Positions 48,314 through 60,004 of a DNA stretch of 64,000 bases are shown here, in pieces. The notes under the pieces are model-generated. The model did no database searches. It was not told where the DNA came from and saw only the letters and a list, made by a program, of their open reading frames with translations. The translations under genes were made by a program, and so were the position numbers. The stretch comes from a virus (Duplodnaviria > Caudoviricetes). Location of the stretch: positions 6,302 through 70,301 of the IMG/VR virus record IMGVR_UViG_2582580961_000003; one strand, written 5' to 3'. Positions within the stretch are counted from its first letter, which is position 1; each line of letters begins with the position of its first letter.

Positions 48314-48475
48314 TTAATCCCTCTTCCCTTTTTCTTTAAGTAAAAGTTCAACTGCTTGATCAAGTAATCGAGTGATTGGAACTGATGTTTCATCGGATAA
48401 ATTAAGAAGCTCTTCTTTTAGTTCGTTTTTTAAGGTTGAGCTTATCTTACTTCTATTTTTTAATTCATTAGCCAT
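48314..48475 (-). CDS. Ribbon-helix-helix DNA-binding protein (53 aa)
   Basis: Manual translation MANELKNRSKISSTLKNELKEELLNLSDETSVPITRLLDQAVELLLKEKGKRD; RBS AAGGGGA. Confidence 0.8.
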   Translation of the reverse strand: MANELKNRSKISSTLKNELKEELLNLSDETSVPITRLLDQAVELLLKEKGKRD

Positions 48476-48489
48476 TTGTAGTCCCCTTT

Positions 48490-48608
48490 TCTTTAATGAA
48501 GTTTAATGAACGTTAATTAACTATATTATAAACGGTATGTGTAGACATATCAATACAAAATAAAACTTCATGAAGTTTCTTGACATTTAATGAACCTTCA
48601 TTTATCAT
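48490..48608 (+). promoter_or_regulatory. Divergent promoter region with ATGAA[G/C] operator repeats; TTGACA-N17-TATCAT
   Basis: TAATGAAGTT, TAATGAACGT, palindrome AAACTTCATGAAGTTT, and ATGAACCTTCAT inside the promoter spacer. Confidence 0.65.
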
Positions 48609-48666
48609 CTAGTTATAGCGATACAAAATACATAGACGAACGAACGCTATAATACTTATTAAGGGG

Positions 48667-48909
48667 ATGTTATTCATGTCAAAGAATCAAGTGTTTTTCT
48701 CCGTATCTATAGTTGCTTCATTACCAGCAGAAACAAATAATGAGAATTTAGCATTGCTGCAAGCTCACTACAAGGTAAACAATTTTACAACCAAAGTGAA
48801 GGATTTGAGATTGCAAGATTCATTCACTGGAGCTGAGATTGACAACTTGACCATTCATGAATTTAACGTAGACTGGGAGGACTATATTTTCGATCAAGAC
48901 GAAGAATAA
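48667..48909 (+). CDS. Hypothetical acidic protein
   Basis: RBS AAGGGGA. Confidence 0.65.
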   Translation: MLFMSKNQVFFSVSIVASLPAETNNENLALLQAHYKVNNFTTKVKDLRLQDSFTGAEIDNLTIHEFNVDWEDYIFDQDEE

Positions 48910-48973
48910 TTGAATAGTGGCTGAGTTGAGGTAGCTTGATTCAGCCTTCTTATAATATAGGGGGGGAATAAGA

Positions 48974-50632
48974 ATGGCTGTTGTAGAAGGACAAATGATT
49001 GAAGTTAAATGGGGAGCAAGAAATAAAGAATGGTTTTTAAAAAAAGGATACATTTTTACAAAAATGGGAGATTCTTTTTATGTTAAACTAAAACACTTGA
49101 AGAATGGATCATCTCAGATGATACAAGTGGAATGTGACGATGAAAAGTGTGAAAATATTTTTCGAACCCAAAAGAGATATTATGATAAATCAGTCAGTTC
49201 CCATATTGGAGCTGCTTATTGTAAGTCATGTAGCTATAAACGCAGGTCTAAAATAAAAGAGGAAAAAGATAAGAAAAATCTTGCAAATGTAAATCATATT
49301 GAAATATATAGAGATGTGATTAAGAAAAATCTTGATAGATTTCCAGATAGCTATGTTAAAAGTATGACCATTGATCAGGCTTCTGAATTGGTTAAAGAAT
49401 TAATCAAACACTTAAAAAATAATAATGTAATTACGAATGACAATGAGATTCCTAGGGCTCTTTCAATGAATACAATGAGAAAATACCATCTAGATAGGAT
49501 ATGTGATAAATTTACACTTCGGACTCTTTTGGATTATACTTTTTCAGGTAAATACAAAGCATGGGAATACAGAAGCGTTGAACGTGGTTATTGGAGCTTA
49601 AAAGAAAATAGAAGAAATGCCTTAGAGTGGTTTTTAAAAAAACTAAAAGAAGATGACATAATTGTTAATTTAGATAAGCTTCCCAAAATAAGCTATAAAA
49701 AATATCTTATGAGATATAATCTTTCTGGTATACTTAAAAATTACACCTCTTTTGGTGATTTGATGGTAGATACATTTCCTGAAAAGTATAATCGTTGGGA
49801 TTTTCCAGTTCCAAAAAACTACTATAAAGAAGAGAATAATAAAAAATACATCATGGAATGGTTGACTAAGAAAATGATGGAAGATGGATTGATAGATAGT
49901 ATTGAAGACATACCCAGCATTGCCCACAATAAAATTTTTAAACACTATAACCTCTCATCTTTCTTGGTGCATTGTTTTAGAGATTCACCATATGATGCAT
50001 TTAATTATTTGTATCCAAATACATGGAATGAATGGGAATTTTCATATGTCCCAATGAAATTTTGGGATAAAGGGTCTAATGTGTCAAAGGCAATTAGATG
50101 GGCAATAGAACAAGGAATAAAAGACGGTATTATAGAAGATTTAAATGATTTACAGTCGTATCCTCTTCGAACGTTACTTGACAGGTATGGATTGAGCTCG
50201 TTATTTAATAAATATGATGTTTATTTCATTATCTCCTTGCTGTTCCCTGAAAGCTTTGATAATACAAAGAAGAGAACCAAGATTAACGGTGTGTCTTTAG
50301 ATTCTAAAGAAGAAGCGCTTATACATTCTTATATAATTAAAAATTTTACTAATGTTAACATTCCTAATAAAAGTGAAAACTTATTTAAAAACCATAAAGA
50401 AAATGAGTCATATGTACCTGATTGGATAATTAATAAAAACATTATTGTTGAATATTTCGGTATGTATGACTCATCAGGGACAAAAATGATTAAAAATTAC
50501 ACAAACAAAGCCGAAAGAAAGATTGAATATTTTAATTCTTTAGAAGGCTATGATTTTATAGCGATATTCCCCAACGACTTAAAAAGCAATATGCAAGGAG
50601 TAAAAAATAAACTTGAAGTCTTTATAAAATAA
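48974..50632 (+). CDS. DUF4046-like repeat protein with C-terminal PD-(D/E)xK nuclease; putative free-standing homing endonuclease
   Basis: Repeats KAWEY/NRWDF/NEWEF..VP..(Y/F)W; DSKEE...YVPDWII...IVEYFG. Confidence 0.7.
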   Translation: MAVVEGQMIEVKWGARNKEWFLKKGYIFTKMGDSFYVKLKHLKNGSSQMIQVECDDEKCENIFRTQKRYYDKSVSSHIGAAYCKSCSYKRRSKIKEEKDKKNLANVNHIEIYRDVIKKNLDRFPDSYVKSMTIDQASELVKELIKHLKNNNVITNDNEIPRALSMNTMRKYHLDRICDKFTLRTLLDYTFSGKYKAWEYRSVERGYWSLKENRRNALEWFLKKLKEDDIIVNLDKLPKISYKKYLMRYNLSGILKNYTSFGDLMVDTFPEKYNRWDFPVPKNYYKEENNKKYIMEWLTKKMMEDGLIDSIEDIPSIAHNKIFKHYNLSSFLVHCFRDSPYDAFNYLYPNTWNEWEFSYVPMKFWDKGSNVSKAIRWAIEQGIKDGIIEDLNDLQSYPLRTLLDRYGLSSLFNKYDVYFIISLLFPESFDNTKKRTKINGVSLDSKEEALIHSYIIKNFTNVNIPNKSENLFKNHKENESYVPDWIINKNIIVEYFGMYDSSGTKMIKNYTNKAERKIEYFNSLEGYDFIAIFPNDLKSNMQGVKNKLEVFIK

Positions 50633-50693
50633 TAATTAACATTAACACCTTCCTTTTATGGTATAATATTAATAAAAACCTAAAATAAGGAAG

Positions 50694-51182
50694 GTGTTAA
50701 TATTGAGAAGAATAACTAAATACCTCTTTCCCCTACTTCTGTTGGTTTTTATACTTGGATGCTCTAATGAAAATGTTGGAATAGATAACACAGAAGTAAA
50801 AGTTGAAGCTGAACAAACAACTAAAAATCCGTTGAATATAAAATATCAGGATGATGTTAAATTAACGTGGAAAGACGTTCAGTATGACATGGAAAATAAT
50901 CTTCAAGAGCTTTTTTATATCAGTGGAGAAGCCAAACTGTCCAGCTACTATAATTATGCGTTTACCGATAAGAAGAAATACTTTAGTGTGGAAATCAAGC
51001 CTTATGATGGCGACACTTCTAACTCATGGTATATTTACATTGATCGTGAGAAAGAAAGTAAACTCTATAATAAAATGATGAATGAAGGAACGATTCCTTT
51101 AGAAATAATAGCAGGAATACCTGAGAAAGCATACCAAAAGAGCCAAGGTAATATGGCTTTGGGAACTATAGTCCAATACTAA
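50694..51182 (+). CDS. Lipoprotein moron
   Basis: Lipobox FILGC; own extended -10 TGGTATAAT; terminator at 51186-51217. Confidence 0.75.
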   Translation: MLILRRITKYLFPLLLLVFILGCSNENVGIDNTEVKVEAEQTTKNPLNIKYQDDVKLTWKDVQYDMENNLQELFYISGEAKLSSYYNYAFTDKKKYFSVEIKPYDGDTSNSWYIYIDREKESKLYNKMMNEGTIPLEIIAGIPEKAYQKSQGNMALGTIVQY

Positions 51183-51248
51183 CCTAAGACATCCAATTAA
51201 ATTTGGGTGTCTTTTTTGATGCCTAAAATTTGAAAGGATGTGTTAATT

Positions 51249-54200
51249 ATGAGTAACGATATTAGTATTTTACTGTCCGGTAATTTAGATTTTAATAAAA
51301 CTAAAGACGCTGTAAATAATCAAATTAAAGCCCTTGAGAAGAAGATTGACACATTAAAGATTAATATTGACATTAATGACAATGTACTTAAAACAATGGC
51401 TCAATTTTCCCGTGCTGTTGATGATTATAAGAAATCAATTGATAGTTTAAATAAATCAGTTCAGACTAATGAGCGAGTTATTAAAAATGCTGATGGTACG
51501 ATAGATAAATACACACAAAAGATAATGAAAAATGGAGAAATCCAAGAAACACATAGACGTACTATCGATAATCGGACAAAAAGTATCAAAAATGAGTCAG
51601 AAGCAATTAAGAATAATATTAGAATTCTTGAGCGTGAAGAGCAGCTAAGAAAGAAAGTTGAAAAAGTTAAGAGTGACGGTAAAAAATCAACGACTGAAAC
51701 CTATGGAGATAGATACAATCAGACTACATACAAGAAAGACAATAGTGGAAATGTAACTGATCGTACTACAACAGATAACTTTGCTAAAGCAGTTAAAGAT
51801 GCTGAGCGCTTAAAAATTAAAATTGTTGAGTTGAATAATGCTGGAGTTGTAACTAACTCATCATTACAGCGAATGAACAACGTAATTAATGGTGCTAAAA
51901 CTGAAGCAGAATTAAACCGTGTAGAACGTGCTATTAAACGTGTGCAACAGTCTGCCAACAATAGAAATGCTACAAATAAATTAAATAATGACATTGGACT
52001 GTTCCAACAGAATTTTGCAATTGATGCTGAGAAAGCACGTAGACAAAATAGAGGAACAATGGATACTTCTGCTTTAAATGATTTAGTTAAGCGAAGTAAA
52101 GAAATTACCGCATCTACTCCTAATGCTAAAAACGAAATTAGAAGCCTCCAAGTTGAATTAAAGAAATTAACATTAGAAGCAAGAACATCCTCTACTGCTC
52201 TCGGTGAACTTGGTAGAAATTCTCTTGATTCCTTTGGTAAGTTTGCACAATGGATGGGAATTTCAACCGTGTTCTATGGAATAGCACGGGGTGCAAGATC
52301 ATTAGTAACTGTAATCACTGAAGTCGATACGGCTATGACAAACTTGAAAAAAGTTATGAGTCCTACTACAAACTTCGACCAAGTGTTAATTGATGCAACT
52401 GACAGAGCTAAAGAACTTGGAAAAACTATTACACAAGTTTTAGATGCTTATGAAGAGTTTGCTCGACAAGGTTATAATCAATCTGAATTAAAAGATATGT
52501 CAGATGCAGCATTAATCGCATCGAATGTCGGGGAGATGGAAGCTGGTAAGAATTTGCCCATTTTATTAGCAATAATAAAATGAATCCTTGTGAACCCTAT
52601 TGTTCAGGGGTGTGGTCATATTTATGACTGCTAACGGTGAAAGCTAAGTTGAATAATTAATATGCCAATACCGTGCCAAGCTTGAAGAGAAATCTTCTTG
52701 AAGGTGTAGAGACTAATTGTAGGATAGATGATGAACTACTATTCGAAGCGCAAGGCATCCCATGCGGATGAAGATATAGTCCATACTTATAGAAATATAA
52801 GATTAAAATGAGAGCAGCCGAGTTCCTTACAAGTGCGATTATACAGTTAAAATTGGAGACAAAAGATGCAACAAGTGTTGTCGATGCTTGGAATGAAGTT
52901 TCAAATAATAATGCGACCACAGTAGAAAAACTGGCAAGTGGTATGGCAAAAGCTGGAAGTACAGCCTCGTCCTTCGGTTTGGACTTAAACGAGCTTAATG
53001 CTGTAATCGGTACTACAACTGCCGCCACAAAACAGTCTGGACAGGAAGTGGGAAATTTTGTAAAATTTGTACTTCCTAGACTCCTTTCAAGTAAAACACA
53101 AGGTGCTTTAAAAGGTATTGGAGTAAGTGTTACCGATGATATGGGTCAAATGCGTGATGCAATGGATATTTATGCTGAGGTTGCTGAAAAATTAAAAGGT
53201 GCAGATAGCATGAAGTTCAATGAAATCATGGAAGCTCTTGCTGGAAAACATCATATCTCTCGTATGACTGCGCTTATCCAAAATATGGAAATGTATAACA
53301 AAATGCTATACGATAGTCAAAATAGCGCTGGGTCAGCAAGACGTGAAAACGAAACGTACATGGAGAGTATTGAAGCAAAGACCAATATTCTAATTGCAAA
53401 CTTACAGGAACTAGCATTAACTATGGGGCAAGCGTTTGTAACTGAAGGTATGATTCAATTTATTGCTGGAATGACAGAGCTTGTTGAAGTTGCTACTTCT
53501 GTAACCAATACAATCGGTATCCTCCCTTCCCTTTTCTCAGGATTAGCAGTAGCAACCCTTCTATTCAACAAAAACTTAGCTACAACAATTGTAACTAGTA
53601 ATCTTGCAACTATGGCATTTAACAAACTAGGAATTCAAGCTAGAGCTACAAAACTTGTTTTAGCTGCAACTGGTTGGGGTCTAGGAATGCTCGCAGTAGG
53701 ATTTATCGCTGAAAAGCTTGTGGGCAAGATGGGTGCAGCACGACAAGCCAGTGAAGAATTAGAAGCTCAAAATAGAGAAATTTCTAATAGCTATAAAGAA
53801 AATAAAGATGATATTAATTCTTTGGCTGACGAATATGGAAAACTTGAACAGAAGATTAGTAGTGGTAATTATAAAGTTGAAGAATTAGAGCGTTTTAAGA
53901 CAGTTAGAGATCAATTAGCGAATTTAATGCCGAGTTTGGTAAATGGTGAAGATTCATACGGAAATGTAATTCTTGGTACTTCTGAAAAGATTCAAGCTCA
54001 AATTAAACTAGCTGAACAGCAGTTGGCAGTACAAGAAAAATTAAATGCTGCCAAGAATATGGAAGATTCACAAAATGCTTATGACGATGCATTAAAACAA
54101 AGTAATAAAGCCAATAAAAATAAGAAGAATGCATTTGAATGGAATCCAAGCATTGTTCCTGGCATGGGTGATAGCAATGCCCTCGCTGCTTACGATAGTC

Positions 54201-57200
54201 TAGAAAAGGCGCAAAAGAAATTTGCTGAACTCCAAAAGAAAATGGCTAAAGATGGTGAACTTGGTTTCTATGATAAGTCTCTATATAAGGACTTGCAGGA
54301 TAAACTAAATGACTATCAAAAGTTAAGCAACGAGGCTAATCAGGCTAATTTAAATGTTCAAGCTTCTGCAATGGACGTTATTAATAACACAATTAAAATG
54401 GACGATGCTACAAGTAAAACTGTTGGGTCAGTCATCTCCAACTTCACGTTATTTGCTTCCACTACGGAAACTTCAAGTAATAATGTAAAAAATACTTTTT
54501 CTAGTTTAATTGATGACCTACAAAATAAAGCCGATCTTAAGCCGATGTTCAGCAACTACGCAAATGCAGTTGACACATATAATGCAAAAGTTGCTGAAGG
54601 ATTGAAAGGTGAAGAATTAGACAAGTATAGACAAAAGGTTGAAACGACATATTCTGAGATAAGTAAGTACCTTATTAGTATTGCTGAATCGAATGGTTTT
54701 AGTGACAAACAAATTAAAGAACTTAAAGCTAATCTTGATGCAAGCTCTATTGGAGCAATGGGACTAGCAGAAGCACAGGATAAAACGAATAAGACGTTAA
54801 GGCAAACTCCTGGTGAAGTAATGAATGCTGTTTCTGCTATGGAAGATTTTGAAGGCAGTATGGATGGCGTATCCAGTTCTGCTGATGACATGGCGCAAAG
54901 GATTAAAGATGCACAAGGAGATTTTGCAGCATTGGCTCAAGTTGCAAGGGATGCGGCTGGTGCAGGTGATATTGAAACTGCTACAACTGTAATGCAAAAA
55001 GATGCATATGAAGCTATTTCTGATTCAGTTTCAACTTACAATGGATTGCTTGAAGATTTAGCTGATGGTAAACAAATTACTGCTGCTGAGGCTATGAATC
55101 TAATTAACAAGGAATCTGATTTAAAGACTGCTATCACAGAACAAAATGGTGTCATTTCTGTAAATAGAGATGCTGTTTTAAAACTACGTGATGCAAAGGT
55201 AGCTTCTTATGCTGATATGACTAAATCAGTTCAACAAGAAGCGATTAACACTGCCAATGCTACAATTGCTAAACTTAAAAACTACGGTTTAGAAATTAAG
55301 GCTATTCAAAATGTGCAGGATGCTAAGAAGCGAGCTGCGGATTTAAGCACTCAAATTGGTGAAGTGTCTGGTATGGGTTCATGGGATGCTCGTGCTGATT
55401 TAGATTCTGCTTATTCACAAGTCAGAGATGTAATTGACTTAGCTAATCAAATTGACCAAATGGCTTCTATGGCTTCACAAGGTTTATCTCAAGTTGGCTC
55501 ATCGTTTGCTGAAACTGGTGGTTCTGCTGATGGATACACAAAATCAGCAAAAGGCGTTGAAGAGCAAACTAAAGAAAACGAGAAAGCTCAAGATTCCTAT
55601 TCTTATGTCTTAGACAAGTATAAAGTTCAATTAGAAGATATTGAGACTTTACTTGATAAGCAGAATAAAATTACAGCTAAATACCCTAAGCATTCTAGGC
55701 AATACCGTGACTCTTTAAAGAAAGAAATTGAGATTCTAAAACTTAAAGAACAAGCACTGAAGAATCAAAACTCAGCTATCCAAGACCAAATTAATAGTGG
55801 TTTCATTACTCAAACTGGAGTTGTAAATACTACCGAACAAGCACAAAGTATGTCTGTTGCCAGTGGTGCTTATACAGGTAAATATGCAAATGAAATCAAC
55901 GCTGCTGCTTCTAAATATGGAGTTAATCCATTCTTAGTCGCTTCTATTATTCAGCAAGAATCAAATTTTAATCCTAACGCACGTTCACATGCTGGCGCTC
56001 AAGGTTTAATGCAATTAATGCCTGGGACAGCACGTAGTTTAGGAGTTAAAAATGCATATAATCCTGCTCAAAATATTGATGGTGGAACTAAGTATATTGC
56101 TCAACAATTAAAAACTTTCGGTGGAGACATCCAAAAAGCTTTAGCAGCCTATAATGCGGGTCCTGGTAATGTACGTAAATACGGTGGCATCCCTCCTTTT
56201 AAAGAAACTCAGAACTACGTTAAAAAGGCAATGGGTAACTTTGCGGCATTTAGTGGTGGGTCATCTGCTAATATCACTAAAGCTGTAAGTACAGGCGTAA
56301 CTCAAGGAATGAGTTCTGTAACTGGCTGGAATGTAAGTCAAACATCTGGATACGGAACACGTACTCATCCTGTAACTGGTCAGAAAAACAAAATGCATCA
56401 TGGTGTTGACTTAGCATTTAAACAAGGTTCAAATCTATCTGCCAATGTTTCAGGTCAAGTTGTATGGGCTAAAGCTGGTTCTTCTCCTGCTGGTTCAGGA
56501 TACAGTGGATATGGTGGAGTTGTAGCTGTTAAAGACAAAGATGGAAAAGTTCACGTATATGCACACATGTCTGAAGTTGGCGTTCAAAATGGTCAATATA
56601 TTAATGCTGGTCAATCACTAGGTAAAACTGGTGGCGCTAAAGGTACGTATGGTGCAGGAACTTCAACTGGCGCTCACTTACACTATGAAGTGCGTACTAA
56701 CGGCAAGTTTGGTCAGACTGAAGACCCTACTAAATATGTAAATATGGCTAAAAGTGGAACTGGTCAAGGTGGAGGATGGAATCCATCTCAAGAATATGCT
56801 CAGAACCAATCAGCAATTCAAGATGCTAAATCTCAAATTGCACAGAATAATTCCACTATCTCAGACATTCAATCTCAAATGGATCAATTACGTGTTGAAA
56901 TTGATATCAACTCCCCTCTTGCTGAATTCGATGTAAAAAAGAAAAAAGTTGATGATGAGATATCAAAATCTCAAGCACGTAATGAGCGTAATCTTGAAAC
57001 AAGTAAAGCATATCGTGCTGAACTAGAAAATCAATTAAAACTTCTTAATCAACGTAAACAAATTGAGAAAGAAGAAGATGCATTTATTGCTCGTAAACTA
57101 AAAGGTAATTACGATATGAATACTAAGTTTGAATTACAACAGCGCATGTTGGAGCTTGGTGTTGCTCGTGAGGAAACATTAAATGCGATGCGTGAGATTC

Positions 57201-59191
57201 AAGGTCAAATCATTGATGCAAGTCTTGCTTCTTATGAGAAAGTATTGGAAGATTACCAGAATTCATTAGAGCAGTTAGATGGGAAACTTGGTCGAGTTAA
57301 GAAAGGTACTGAAGAGTATCGAAAGGTTTTAGCTGATAAAACTAAAGTAACTCAGTCTACAATTAAAGCTAACAAAGAAGAGATTGCATTCTTAGAAAAA
57401 GCTTTAAAGACCTATGATTTACTACCTGATGCTGTTGAAGCTTACAAGTCTCGTATTAAAGACTTAAAGAATGAAACGGAAGAATTGAATTATGCTTTAA
57501 AGCAAATCAATGCTGATAATATTAACGACATCATGTATCGTTTCGAAGAACAGCGTAGTAAATACACACACGGTTATAATTTAAATGGTTCGGAAGCAGA
57601 GCGTGTCGAAGAAGGTTCTTCTGAATGGTATTATCGTCAAAAGAAACAAGTTGACTACCTTAAGCGTGAAGCAGAGAGTATTAAGTTGCAACGTGAAGAG
57701 TTACAAAGACGTTTGAGCTATACAGATTTGGGTGCTGAAGAAAAAGCCGCATTTTATGACCAATTAGATGATTTAGCAGTTCAATATTCTGACACGCTTA
57801 ATAAAATTAACGATCAAGAAGAAATGCTAAAGGATAGACGTGAACAAGTTGCTGATTCTGCGATTGATGCTATGAAGGATTACTATACTAAGCAACGTGA
57901 ATTAAGTCGTAAAGCTGCTGATGAGGAAATTAAGAATATCAATAAAGTTTACGATGCAAGAAAACGTGCTTTGTCTGATGAGATTAGTGAAAATCAATAC
58001 AAGAAAGAGTTTGATAAATTAACAGAAGAACGAAGAAAGCTTCAAGAACAATATAATTTAACTCTTACTGATACATCTGATGCAGGCAATGCTCGTAGAA
58101 ATGAGCTAAACAAACAAATCAAAGACTTAGACCAACAACTTGCTGACTTAAAAGAAAATCGTGAAAATGAACTTCGTCAACAAAACTTAGATGATGAGCA
58201 ACGTAAAAAAGTTGAAGAAATTGAAGACAAGCAAGAAAAAGAAGACGAAGCATTAGATGAGTTATTAAACAATGAGCGAGATTGGGAAAAGATTAAAGAG
58301 CAAATTATGAACGGTGACTATGAGGCTATCAATTCTCAAATGAAGAAAATGCAATCTGATGTAATTAAAAACTTTGTAGATTTAGGTGAAGCTATCCAAA
58401 CCAACCTTATTGATAAACTAAGTGATGCTATTAATATGATGCCTCAAATTGGGTGGTCTAAACAAAACGGAGAAATTAACCTTGGTACATCTAAAAATCT
58501 AGGTACAAATGAAATGTCTTATCTTGCTGGAAAGTTTCTTTATCATAACGTAGCTCCTGTTGTTGGTGGAAAAGATGGTACTTCTGCTAAAGATTTAGGG
58601 AAAACAATGTATGACGCAGCAAGAGAAAAAGGATTAAAGATTGACACTGAAAACACAGGAGCAAGATTTGATGAACTTGCATTAGATATGACACCTGATC
58701 AAAAAATCATATTTGCTAAATACATGCAAGAAAAAGTCATCAACACATTAAAAGGAACTCAAAAATCAACTGCTCAAAAGCTAATCAATGATTTGATTAG
58801 TCAAGCTAAATCATCTGGTTCTAAATTAGACTCTTCTCTGTCTTACGATAAGCTCATTCATGATAGTCGTGTTGCAAGTATGGACACTGGTGGATTCACA
58901 GGTTCATGGGGAACAAATGACGGTAAGTTTTTATTGGCTCATGAAAAGGAATTAATCTTAAATAAGAGCGACACAAGCAACATGGTAAAAATGATTGAAA
59001 TGGTTCGTGACATTACAAGTCGTGTTCCTAACATTAAATCGTTATTTAATGGAGTATCATCGGCTAATTCCACTTCTGGCAACTTTGACATTAAGATTTA
59101 TATTGACAAGGTTACAGGTGGAAAAGAAGGCGCTGACTCTATGATTGAGCGATTGAATAACAGATTGAGATTGCGAGGTGTTCAACTGTGA
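51249..59191 (+). CDS. cwlP: Tape measure protein with SLT transglycosylase and M23 domains (CwlP/YomI-like), spliced join(51249..52547,52811..59191), ~2559 aa
   Basis: TP901-like TMP core; QQESNF/GLMQLM/AAYNAG; HHGVD/HLHYE. Splice gives EMEAG|RAAEFLTSA. Confidence 0.9.
52548..52810 (+). mobile_element. ORF-less group I intron in the tape measure gene (263 nt)
   Basis: P1 GGT|A pairs TGCC; GTAGAGACTAA and GAAGATATAGTCC (P7); terminal G at 52810; phase-0 frame restoration. Confidence 0.9.
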
Positions 59192-59952
59192 TAAATGATA
59201 GCTTAGAATTTACACATAATGGTGTCCACTCTTCACAGTTGGGCATTATCAATGTAAATGTGGAAGGTGGCTTGTTTGATGAGGTGTTCATGGCTAGTAA
59301 AACAATTCGTGAAACCACAATCGTAGGAAGACATAAGCCTTATTTTCAAGGGGTAGAATATTCTCCCCTTACCTTCCCTATTACATTATATTTTGAAAAT
59401 GGATACACTTCTGATTCTATTCGTGAAGTAGCTAGAACATTATGTACGGATTATTATGCTCCACTTATTTTTAGTAAAAATACTGAACGTATATTTTTCG
59501 CTACATTTGTTGATGAAGGCAGATTGGTTCATAACGGATGTAACGAAGGATACATTACGCTAACTGTACGGTGCAACTCACCTTTCACATATTCTCACAT
59601 TATTGATTCTCCTGAACATCATGTAAAAAATGAAGGATTGATTGAGTTTGTGAATAATGGTGACTTACCTATTAAACCTCAAATAACTATATATAAAGTT
59701 GGAAAAGGTTCATTGTCGATTAAGAATTTATCTAATCACGATGAACCTTTTGTGTTTGATGAGTTAGAAGATAAGGAAATTGTTTATATAGATAATGAAG
59801 AGGAAGAAATTGAAACAAACTTACCCCTCACCTATCGCTATGACAATTTCAATGAGCAATTCTTAGAAATGGAACGTGGTGTAAATCGATTATTAGTTAC
59901 TGGCTCATGTGTTATCAAAATTACATATCAATTTATCTTTTTGAATGGTTAA
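59188..59952 (+). CDS. Distal tail protein (Dit, YomH-like)
   Basis: Follows TMP; RCNSPF, NNGDLPIKP, GVNRLLV motifs. Confidence 0.8.
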   Translation: MINDSLEFTHNGVHSSQLGIINVNVEGGLFDEVFMASKTIRETTIVGRHKPYFQGVEYSPLTFPITLYFENGYTSDSIREVARTLCTDYYAPLIFSKNTERIFFATFVDEGRLVHNGCNEGYITLTVRCNSPFTYSHIIDSPEHHVKNEGLIEFVNNGDLPIKPQITIYKVGKGSLSIKNLSNHDEPFVFDELEDKEIVYIDNEEEEIETNLPLTYRYDNFNEQFLEMERGVNRLLVTGSCVIKITYQFIFLNG

Positions 59953-60004
59953 GAGTGTCTTCAATGGCACTCTTTTTATTTTGTCGTAAAGGTGGTGAAG
60001 ATGA

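Noticed and set aside
48187-48393. 68-aa minus-strand ORF
   Set aside because: Overlaps the better-supported RHH gene (48314-48475) in another frame and lacks an RBS.
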